This document shows, piece after piece, positions 1-9,424 of a stretch of DNA of 50,347 nucleotides. Within the stretch, counting starts at the first letter, position 1; the number at the start of each line of letters is the position of its first letter. The position numbers and the translations under genes were made by a program. This DNA is from an uncultured Erysipelotrichaceae bacterium (GTDB lineage: Bacteria > Bacillota_I > Bacilli_A > RFN20 > CAG-826): positions 1-50,347 of the forward strand of contig CADCPC010000061.1 of NCBI GenBank assembly GCA_902803285.1. The letters are read 5' to 3'. The notes beneath the pieces were generated by a model. It was not told the DNA's origin and did not search any database. It saw nothing but the letters and a program-made list of their open reading frames with translations.

Positions 1-241
1 AGTCGCCTGATTCAAGAGGCGTATAGAGCAGTTTTGCGCTTTTAAGAATTTTGCTTGTGTAACGCGGATTATCTACAAATTCAACATCCGCAATAGTTAG
101 GGGATTATTTAGAAACAGGAATGGACTAGTTACACTTTGTCCACCACGCACTTTAAAAGAAATCAGCTCAGTTTCACTGATTGCATTTAAAATCGTATCT
201 TTTTCTTTATAATCCGTTTTTGATAAAACAATAATTTTCAT
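1..241 (-). CDS. recO: DNA repair protein RecO, N-terminal ~80 codons (gene runs off the left edge)
   Basis: Not in the ORF track. My translation of the minus strand from ATG 241..239 gives MKIIVLSKTDYKEKDTILNAISETELISFKVRGGQSVTSPF..., a RecO-like OB-fold N-terminus. TAATG overlap with the era stop. era-recO adjacency is the conserved Firmicute order. Confidence 0.7.
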   Translation of the reverse strand, partial: MKIIVLSKTDYKEKDTILNAISETELISFKVRGGQSVTSPFLFLNNPLTIADVEFVDNPRYTSKILKSAKLLYTPLESGD

Positions 242-1128
242 TATTTCTTTTTGGCTTTATATCCAAATTTTTCTAAAGAACGTTCGTCATTTCTCCAATC
301 TTCTTGAACTTTAACGAATAATTCTAAGAAAACATGTTTCTTTAATAATCTCTCAATGTCCTCGCGTGATTTTTGACCAATGAGCTTAATTCTCTTTCCT
401 TGAGCACCGATGACAATTCCTTTTTGTGAATCTTTTTCAACGATGATTGTCGCTCTGATATGCATAGGTTTACTATCATATTCTATGTTATTAACATAGA
501 TAGCAATTGAATGTGGAACTTCTTCTTTTAAAATCTTAAGAGTTTTTTCTCTAATGATTTCTTTGATTTGGAAAACATCATCTTTGTCTGTATCGACATC
601 TACTGGATAGTATTCCGGACCTTCAGGAAGGAGTTCTTCAATAACCTTGATTAATAAATCAATGTTAAATTTATCTTTCGCTACTGTTTCTACAAGAAAT
701 GCTTTAGGGAGTTTTTCTTTATAGATTTTCTTGAGCTCCGCCACTTCAGTAATTCTTGCTTCATCTATTTTGTTAAAACAAATAATTAATGGAGCATTAT
801 TGATGTCTAAATGAGAGAGAAGAAATTCATCGCCTTCTCCAAAAGGACGAGAACAGTCCACCACTAAAATATTCACATCAACATCGTGAGCGGTTGAAAA
901 AGCCATGACATTCATCTCTTCACCTAATTTAGCGTGAGGTTTATGAATGCCTGGAGTGTCAATAAAGATGATTTGTGAATCTTTGCCGTGATAAATACCA
1001 CGGATTACATCTCTAGTTGTTTGACTTTTATCGGTTACAATACTGACTTTATGATTGATAACACTATTTAAAATAGTGGATTTACCAACATTAGGCCTTC
1101 CTAATATAGAAACAAAACCTGATTTCAT
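241..1128 (-). CDS. era: GTPase Era
   Basis: 295 aa. P-loop GRPNVGKST, DTPG, NKID, C-terminal KH-type domain. TAATG junctions with cdd and recO. Confidence 0.96.
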   Translation of the reverse strand: MKSGFVSILGRPNVGKSTILNSVINHKVSIVTDKSQTTRDVIRGIYHGKDSQIIFIDTPGIHKPHAKLGEEMNVMAFSTAHDVDVNILVVDCSRPFGEGDEFLLSHLDINNAPLIICFNKIDEARITEVAELKKIYKEKLPKAFLVETVAKDKFNIDLLIKVIEELLPEGPEYYPVDVDTDKDDVFQIKEIIREKTLKILKEEVPHSIAIYVNNIEYDSKPMHIRATIIVEKDSQKGIVIGAQGKRIKLIGQKSREDIERLLKKHVFLELFVKVQEDWRNDERSLEKFGYKAKKK

Positions 1129-1529
1129 TATTTTAAATCATCCTCGCTAAAGGCAAATGGTAATAGTTCTTCAGCGTTTGTTTCTTGAACATCATCTTTG
1201 AGATTCGACATATAAATAGGAGCGTCGTGAGGAAAGAGTTCGCTAATGACTTGACGGCAAGCTCCACAAGGTGAACATGGTCCATCAGTATCAGCGGTTA
1301 AAGCTAATGCAGCAAAATCATTCTTCTTATAGCCATGGAGCATTGCGTTATATATTGCGTTTCTTTCTGCACACATGCAAAGTGGGTAGGAAGAGTTTTC
1401 AATATTTGCGCCTAAAAATACTTGACCATCTTTCGTTAATATTGCTGCGCCAACTTTGAATCTGCTATAAGGGGAATACGATAATTCTCTAGCTTCTTTT
1501 GCTTTAGCAATTAATTCTTCTCTTTTCAT
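1128..1529 (-). CDS. cdd: Cytidine deaminase
   Basis: 133 aa. Zinc-ligand signatures CAERNA and CSPCGACRQ. Confidence 0.95.
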   Translation of the reverse strand: MKREELIAKAKEARELSYSPYSRFKVGAAILTKDGQVFLGANIENSSYPLCMCAERNAIYNAMLHGYKKNDFAALALTADTDGPCSPCGACRQVISELFPHDAPIYMSNLKDDVQETNAEELLPFAFSEDDLK

Positions 1530-1532
1530 GAT

Positions 1533-1991
1533 TTAGCTCCTTTTTCTTTTGTTTAATATCTCTTCTTGAAGTTTGAACATCACTTCTTCATCTTCCTTAG
1601 TCATATGGTCATATCCAAGCAAATGTAATAGACCATGGACAAATAAGAACGACATTTCTCTTTCAAGAGGGTGCCTGTATTCTTGAGCTTGTTCTATAGC
1701 TTTTTCGTAAGATATATAAATATCTCCTAATGGAACAAGTTCTTGGGAATGAAATATTTTATCACGCTGATTATTTCCGTCAAGGAAAGCAAAACTAATC
1801 ACATCCGTAGGACGATCTACATCGCGATATTTATGATTAATCCTATGGATGTGCTTGTTGTTAACTATGGTAACAGATACGATTGGATTAAATGTTAAGC
1901 CTAATGTATTTAGAGTAAGTTTCATCAAGTCTAAATACTTGTCTTCGTAACATTCAAATTCACTATTTTCAGAAAGAAAATCTAATTCCAT
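1533..1991 (-). CDS. ybeY: rRNA maturation endoribonuclease YbeY
   Basis: 152 aa. HGLLHLLGYDH metal-binding motif. Position upstream of cdd-era as in Bacillus. Confidence 0.95.
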   Translation of the reverse strand: MELDFLSENSEFECYEDKYLDLMKLTLNTLGLTFNPIVSVTIVNNKHIHRINHKYRDVDRPTDVISFAFLDGNNQRDKIFHSQELVPLGDIYISYEKAIEQAQEYRHPLEREMSFLFVHGLLHLLGYDHMTKEDEEVMFKLQEEILNKRKRS

Positions 1992-2030
1992 AATACTATC
2001 TTATCATAGATAACTTTTTAATTGTTAGCG

Positions 2031-3218
2031 TTATTCAACTTTTAGAGATTGAATAACCTTGTTTTTTAGTGAATCAAAATCTTCACTTCCACTAGCGAAG
2101 TTAAAGATTTTATTGAATTCACCTTTGATAAACATTGAAACGCAGATATAGAAAACAACATAGGTGACACTGACAACTTTAGATAGAGCCATAATAAGAA
2201 TTACAAATAAAGCGATAACAGCAAGACTCACATAGTGAACAGCAGTGTCGTATAACCCTAATTTATAAGATGATTCTCTTGTTTCCTTTGCAAAGAAATT
2301 AAGTTCATATTCATTTTGAGCAGTCATTATTTTGTGTTCTTGCTCTTCAATCTCTTTTTTCTTTCTTTGAAAATATGGACGATAAATTAAGCTTTCAATA
2401 AACGCCAAAATCATTGTAAGTCCAATATAAACTAGGTTTATCTTATCATTCATTACAAGAACAAAACTGAAGAAAACAATAATCAAAAATGAATATATGA
2501 CATTAGGGAAAAACATAAATGCCTGAGAACGATATCTTTCAACATTCCTATAAAAGTCAAAATATTTTTCTTTTTCGATTCTTAAAGAATAGGTTCCAAT
2601 TAGTTCATCCATTCTTTTCATTGCATTGATTAAGTTCTGCCTAAAAAGTAATTCAAAGATGATGCAAAAAGAGAATCCGAGGATTGGAATAAACACAAAA
2701 GAATCTTTGCTTATAAAATAAGAACCTACCAAAAGAGATAAACCACTTAATACTTGTAGAATAGGGAGAGTGATTTTATCTTTTTTAGCGATGAAATCTG
2801 CTGCTCTTAAGGGACAAGATGTCTTTGTTGATTCCGAAGCTATAATCGCTGTTTTTGTCCACTTCTCTTCGAAATTATCAAATGTCTCCTTTTGTTTTCC
2901 TACTGCAGGATCAAAATAATAGATAAATTTCTTGGTTATCTTATAAACCAGCACACTATGTTTGCTTTTGTTTTTAGAATTTAAAGTGACAATAAGCGGG
3001 AATTTCTTATTGTTCTTTAATTCTTCGATATCTGTTATTTTGACACCAAGTAAAACCGTATTATATTTTTCTGCTTCTGAAATGATTTCTTTATAAGAAT
3101 AGGGTTTATCATCATGAGGCAAAAACAAATAATTACGGTCGCGATGTAGATTAGCGAGCATCATTGTTAGACAAGCATAGGCACAATCATGCTCACCGTA
3201 TTGGGATATAAAGTACAT
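2031..3218 (-). CDS. C39-type cysteine peptidase domain fused to a multi-pass membrane domain, no ABC ATPase domain
   Basis: 395 aa. N-terminal Q6...C12 (SQYGEHDCAYACL), H87 (KHSVLVY) and D103 (YFDP) match the C39 bacteriocin-processing peptidase oxyanion/catalytic residues. Residues ~150-370 contain several hydrophobic helices. The protein ends with no Walker A/B. Strong SD (AAAGGAG) 4 nt before ATG 3218. Confidence 0.7.
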   Translation of the reverse strand: MYFISQYGEHDCAYACLTMMLANLHRDRNYLFLPHDDKPYSYKEIISEAEKYNTVLLGVKITDIEELKNNKKFPLIVTLNSKNKSKHSVLVYKITKKFIYYFDPAVGKQKETFDNFEEKWTKTAIIASESTKTSCPLRAADFIAKKDKITLPILQVLSGLSLLVGSYFISKDSFVFIPILGFSFCIIFELLFRQNLINAMKRMDELIGTYSLRIEKEKYFDFYRNVERYRSQAFMFFPNVIYSFLIIVFFSFVLVMNDKINLVYIGLTMILAFIESLIYRPYFQRKKKEIEEQEHKIMTAQNEYELNFFAKETRESSYKLGLYDTAVHYVSLAVIALFVILIMALSKVVSVTYVVFYICVSMFIKGEFNKIFNFASGSEDFDSLKNKVIQSLKVE

Positions 3219-3300
3219 ATTTCTCCTTTCTGGGCATATTTAGCCCTTTCATTTGTTAGATAGGGAGAAAAATGTAAAAATTTTTGAAAAATTTATGCAA

Positions 3301-3325
3301 AATAAAAAAAGACCCAATGGGTCTT
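3301..3325 (-). terminator. Intrinsic terminator after dnaJ
   Basis: Minus strand reads AAGACCCATTGGGTCTT followed by TTTTTTTATTTT. The hairpin overlaps the dnaJ stop codon. Confidence 0.8.
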
Positions 3326-4463
3326 AATTATTTTTCTTAAAGCTCTTCATAAACTTTGTAAAAGGATTATCTTCTTTTTTAGAGGCATCCACATAGCTTT
3401 GGAGGGCTTCCTTTTGTTTTTTATTTAATGAAGTTGGGATCTTGATTTGCAAATGAACATATTGGTCACCTGGTTTTTGAGTTCTCAAATCTTTAATGCC
3501 GCGACCTTTCATTCTCAAGATTGTTCCCACTTGTGTGCCGTCAGGTATTGTGAGCAATACATCACCGTATACGGTTGGGATTTCAATTTTATTACCTAGA
3601 ATTGCATCTGTGAAATCAATTGGAACTTCCACATGGATATCATTACCTTCTCTTTTAAAGAATTGATGTGGTTTGATATTGATCTCAACATAGAGATCAC
3701 CATGAGGTCCACCATTGATACCAGCTTCACCCATGCCTTGAAGTCTAATTTGTTGTCCGTTATTAATGCCAGCAGGAATATGAATCTTAACTGTCTTCTT
3801 GATGCGGTTATATCCAGTTCCTCCACAAGAAGAGCATTTCTTAGAAATGATTTTGCCTTTTCCACTACATTCAGGACATATTGTCTGGTTTTCTACAACA
3901 CCGAATATTGATCTTTGTTGTCTTGTGACAGTGCCTTTACCGTGACAAGTAGGGCATGTCTTAACATCACTAGGAGTTTCTGCTCCTGAACCATGACAAT
4001 GTGGGCATTCATCATCAAAATCAAAAGTTACTTCTGTATCTTTGCCTTCAACGACGTCCATGAAGTCAACTCTTAGACGCATAGAAACATCGTCTCCTCT
4101 TTGAGGACCGGCTTGAGTTCTACTTCTTCTAGAACCACCACCGAAGAATTGAGAGAATATATCTCCTAGGTCAACGCTTTCACCTTCAAATCCACCAAAA
4201 CCTGAGAAAGGATTACCTGCACCAGGGCCACCTGCTCCTTGTTCGAAAGCTGCATGGCCAAACTGGTCATAAGCACTACGTTTTTGATCATCAAAAAGGA
4301 TATCGTAAGCTTCTTGTACTTCTTTAAATTTAGCTTCATCGCCAGTTTCTTTATTATCTGGGTGATATTTTTTAGCTAATTTACGATAAGCAGATTTAAT
4401 TTCATCTTTACTAGCGTTTTTGTTAACGCCTAATACTTCATAAAAATCTCTTTTGCTTGCCAT
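3324..4463 (-). CDS. dnaJ: Molecular chaperone DnaJ
   Basis: 379 aa. J-domain with HPD (KKYHPD), G/F-rich linker, four CxxCxG zinc-finger repeats. Confidence 0.97.
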   Translation of the reverse strand: MASKRDFYEVLGVNKNASKDEIKSAYRKLAKKYHPDNKETGDEAKFKEVQEAYDILFDDQKRSAYDQFGHAAFEQGAGGPGAGNPFSGFGGFEGESVDLGDIFSQFFGGGSRRSRTQAGPQRGDDVSMRLRVDFMDVVEGKDTEVTFDFDDECPHCHGSGAETPSDVKTCPTCHGKGTVTRQQRSIFGVVENQTICPECSGKGKIISKKCSSCGGTGYNRIKKTVKIHIPAGINNGQQIRLQGMGEAGINGGPHGDLYVEINIKPHQFFKREGNDIHVEVPIDFTDAILGNKIEIPTVYGDVLLTIPDGTQVGTILRMKGRGIKDLRTQKPGDQYVHLQIKIPTSLNKKQKEALQSYVDASKKEDNPFTKFMKSFKKNN

Positions 4464-4481
4464 GTTTGTCCTTTCTATATG

Positions 4482-4507
4482 CCGAAAGGGGCATATGCCC
4501 CAGTCGG
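4482..4507 (-). promoter_or_regulatory. GC-rich intercistronic stem-loop between dnaK and dnaJ
   Basis: Minus strand reads CCGACTGGGGCATATGCCCCTTTCGG, with core GGGGCATATGCCCC nested in CCGA...TCGG. No long T-run. Sits 18 nt after the dnaK stop. Confidence 0.45.
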
Positions 4508-4524
4508 AATATTAATTCTAATAA

Positions 4525-6926
<2,402 letters not shown>

Positions 6927-6927
6927 C

Positions 6928-7950
6928 CTATTCATCTCCTTTCTTATAATGTTCGTTCAATTCTTTAGCGAGGAATTCAATTGCACTAAGAGCTTTGTCA
7001 TAATCCATTCTACGAGGTCCAACAAGAGCAATCGTGTTTTCTTCTTCGTCGCCAACTTTGATTTTTGCTGTCACTAACGCAACATCTGGGTTTCCTTCAA
7101 CGTTTCCGATTTTCACTAATAAGTTTTCACTTAATTGTTCTAATTCACTATCGGCTTCTTTGAATATTGAAGTATCATTGAGTAATTTCATTACTCTTAA
7201 TAGTGCTTCTGTATCATTTTTGAATTCTGGATGGGTGAATAATTCTTCTCTTCCATATAGAGATACACGATCACTAGCAAACTTTAATAATGTTTCCAAT
7301 AATGCTTGATAAACTAAATCATGAGAGACAACGTAATCTTGAAGTAATGGTTTGATGCTTTCCATCTTGTCCACTAAGTCAGAGATCGGTGTGCCTTTGA
7401 GTCTAGCGTTTAGTAAGTCAACGCATGAGACGATATCTTTGCTTGATAAGTTATTAGGAACAATGAATGTTTTGTTTTCGACATATCCTTTATCAGTAAC
7501 GAAGACTGCAGTAATCGCATTATCACTAATAGGGATGAGCTGAACACTTGCAAGGCATTCACTCTTTTCATCAGGTCCCATAACCACACTAACTAAGTTA
7601 GTCATATGAGAGATGATTTCGCAGCTTTCCTTAATGATTTCTTCAATGCTTTGAACCTTTTGATTCATAACAGCTTGTAGAGAAAGTTTTAACGATTCAT
7701 CAATGTTCTTCTCTCTGAGATGCTCGCAATAATATTTATATCCTAATGAAGAAGGCACGCGTCCCGCGGATGTGTGAGGCTTTTCAATTAGCCCCATCTT
7801 CTCAAGAGCGTACATCTCATTTCTGACTGTTGCGCTGCTATAAGGGAGATCATATTCTTCAATTAAGGTTTGTGAACCAACCGGTTCGGCGTGCTTGATG
7901 AAATATTCAACGATGTATTTCAAGATGGCATCACTACGTGTTAATGACAT
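6928..7950 (-). CDS. hrcA: Heat-inducible transcription repressor HrcA
   Basis: 340 aa. N-terminal wHTH, first gene of the hrcA-grpE-dnaK-dnaJ operon, CIRCE operators upstream. Confidence 0.95.
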   Translation of the reverse strand: MSLTRSDAILKYIVEYFIKHAEPVGSQTLIEEYDLPYSSATVRNEMYALEKMGLIEKPHTSAGRVPSSLGYKYYCEHLREKNIDESLKLSLQAVMNQKVQSIEEIIKESCEIISHMTNLVSVVMGPDEKSECLASVQLIPISDNAITAVFVTDKGYVENKTFIVPNNLSSKDIVSCVDLLNARLKGTPISDLVDKMESIKPLLQDYVVSHDLVYQALLETLLKFASDRVSLYGREELFTHPEFKNDTEALLRVMKLLNDTSIFKEADSELEQLSENLLVKIGNVEGNPDVALVTAKIKVGDEEENTIALVGPRRMDYDKALSAIEFLAKELNEHYKKGDE

Positions 7951-7962
7951 ATTTACCTCCTT

Positions 7963-7989
7963 TTAGCACTCTTTCTTTTCGTTTGCTAA
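7963..7989 (-). promoter_or_regulatory. CIRCE operator 1 (5' UTR of hrcA)
   Basis: Minus strand TTAGCAAAC-N9-GAGTGCTAA against consensus TTAGCACTC-N9-GAGTGCTAA: one arm perfect, the other with 2 mismatches. Lies between the -10 box and the SD. Confidence 0.8.
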
Positions 7990-7994
7990 TTCTT

Positions 7995-8022
7995 ATTATA
8001 GTCAGTCCGTTAGCACTGTCAA
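7995..8022 (-). promoter_or_regulatory. SigA-type promoter of the hrcA operon
   Basis: Minus strand TTGACA (8022..8017), 16-nt spacer, TATAAT (8000..7995). Both hexamers are consensus. Confidence 0.8.
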
Positions 8023-8036
8023 CACAAAAGTGCTAA
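8010..8036 (-). promoter_or_regulatory. CIRCE operator 2 (overlaps the -35 box)
   Basis: Minus strand TTAGCACTT-N9-CAGTGCTAA, one mismatch per arm at the innermost base. The 8-bp arms TTAGCACT/AGTGCTAA are perfectly complementary. Confidence 0.8.
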
Positions 8037-8042
8037 AAAATT

Positions 8043-8071
8043 GAAAAAAATAAAAATCCTCCTAAGAGGAC
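8043..8071 (-). terminator. Intrinsic terminator after hemW
   Basis: Minus strand GTCCTC-TTAG-GAGGAT hairpin followed by TTTTTATTTTTTT. Confidence 0.6.
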
Positions 8072-8103
8072 TTTCGTTAATGTGTTTTTAAATATGTGTA
8101 TTT

Positions 8104-9204
8104 TTATTCTAAAGATAGGAAAATTCGATCCAAAATCATCATTCCTTCGTATGTAGCGATAAGGTGATTATCTTTAATAAACAAACATTTTCCTTTAATT
8201 AGTTTATCGATAATATCTTTATTCTTTTTATATAGATCTTCGTTATAAAGGGTATTATATTGATTTAAATCAATACCTTTATTAGTTCTAAGATTAAGCA
8301 TGATTTGGTATGATTTTTGATCTTCCAAATCCACTATTTCATTTTCTCTATCAAGATAGCCATCTAAATATCTTTGTAGATTCACAGTATTTTTATATCT
8401 GATGTTATCAATATATCCAGCAGCCCCTAATCCAACTCCATAATATTGAGCATTATCCCAATATGTTTGATTATGCTTACTTTCATATCCCTCTTTAGCG
8501 AAATTACTAATTTCATAATGAATGAAGCCATTATTAGAAAGAGTCTTATGAACGAGGTCATATAATTCCCTAGAAAAATCTTCGTTTGGTTCCTTAACTT
8601 TTTCAAGGAAAAAGACTGTGTGAGGATTAACTGTTAAAGAATATGTGGATATATGAGCAGGATTAAGAGATAAAATATTTTCTAAATCCTTTTTTAATGC
8701 GCTTTTAGTGCAGTTAGGAAGCCCTAATATTAAATCCACGTTAAAGTTATCGATTCCATATTTTTTAAGCCTCTCCACTGCGATTTGAACATCTTCAAAA
8801 GTATGCTTTCTATTTATCGCTTTTAATATTTTGTTATCAGTAGATTCTACTCCAATAGAAACACGGTTAATTCCATATTGCTTCATAAGTTTAATCTTTG
8901 ATTCTGTTAAACTTTCTGGATTTGCTTCAATTGTGTATTCTTCTACCTCAGTAGAAAAAGGTTTTATCATCTCTAATAATTCAATAAACAAATCATCTTC
9001 TAAAACAGTTGGAGTTCCTCCTCCAATATAAATAGTCTTAAGATCCTTATTTTTAACTGTTTCTTCTAAATCTTTTCTTAATGCAACGAGATATTTTTCC
9101 GCTAAAAAACGAAAATACTGCAACTTTGGAAAGTCACAGTAATTACAAATAGCTTCGCAGAAAGGAATATGAATATATAACGAATCGATTTTATTCTTCG
9201 TCAT
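8104..9204 (-). CDS. hemW: Radical SAM family heme chaperone HemW (HemN-like, oxygen-independent coproporphyrinogen oxidase family)
   Basis: CEAICNYC (CxxxCxxC) radical-SAM cluster motif in YIHIPFCEAICNYCDF. Follows lepA as in Bacillus. Start set at ATG 9204; the track start 9219 is a TTG. With either start it overlaps the upstream small ORF. Confidence 0.88.
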   Translation of the reverse strand: MTKNKIDSLYIHIPFCEAICNYCDFPKLQYFRFLAEKYLVALRKDLEETVKNKDLKTIYIGGGTPTVLEDDLFIELLEMIKPFSTEVEEYTIEANPESLTESKIKLMKQYGINRVSIGVESTDNKILKAINRKHTFEDVQIAVERLKKYGIDNFNVDLILGLPNCTKSALKKDLENILSLNPAHISTYSLTVNPHTVFFLEKVKEPNEDFSRELYDLVHKTLSNNGFIHYEISNFAKEGYESKHNQTYWDNAQYYGVGLGAAGYIDNIRYKNTVNLQRYLDGYLDRENEIVDLEDQKSYQIMLNLRTNKGIDLNQYNTLYNEDLYKKNKDIIDKLIKGKCLFIKDNHLIATYEGMMILDRIFLSLE

Positions 9205-9412
9205 CTTTATATTCTTCAATAGCCTTCGCAGTCTCTTCGTCTTCGACAGGCTCCAAAAGCCTATTCATTTCTTCTTGAAGAACTTGTTCTTCAGTTGGTT
9301 TATCATCTTTCTTTAGTTTTGGTCTTAAGTATAAATAAAGCAAGAAAGCTATTAATGCGATTAAAATAGCTGCACCTAAGACGATTAAGAATATAATTAA
9401 TCCATTATTCAT
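9191..9412 (-). CDS. Small single-pass membrane protein with acidic C-terminal tail
   Basis: 73 aa. Hydrophobic helix at residues 5-27, then a K/D/E-rich tail ending DDEE. Strong SD AGGAGG 8 nt before the ATG. 12 nt downstream of the Fic-like gene, and its 3' end overlaps hemW. Confidence 0.65.
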   Translation of the reverse strand: MNNGLIIFLIVLGAAILIALIAFLLYLYLRPKLKKDDKPTEEQVLQEEMNRLLEPVEDEETAKAIEEYKDDEE

Positions 9413-9424
9413 GTTACTTGCCTC

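Noticed and set aside
1271-1459. Short or medium ORFs nested inside or antisense to the long genes. Examples: 1271..1459, 3596..3865, 3633..3911, 5932..6288, 7034..7309, 9659..10018, 18734..18964, 22746..23036, 23917..24360, 25635..25919, 28757..29071, 45672..45986.
   Set aside because: All lie fully within well-supported conserved genes. Their translations are low-complexity or hydrophobic without motifs, and they lack an SD. They are typical shadow ORFs of AT-rich DNA.
3219-3280. Mini-ORFs starting at the ATG inside the shared 20-nt element: MKGLNMPRKEKYVLYIPIR at locus 1 and MKGGFCL at 22663..22640
   Set aside because: There is no SD in front of either ATG. The peptides differ after 3 residues, so the conservation is at the nucleotide level rather than the peptide level. 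They are mentioned only as a remote possibility of an upstream leader peptide.
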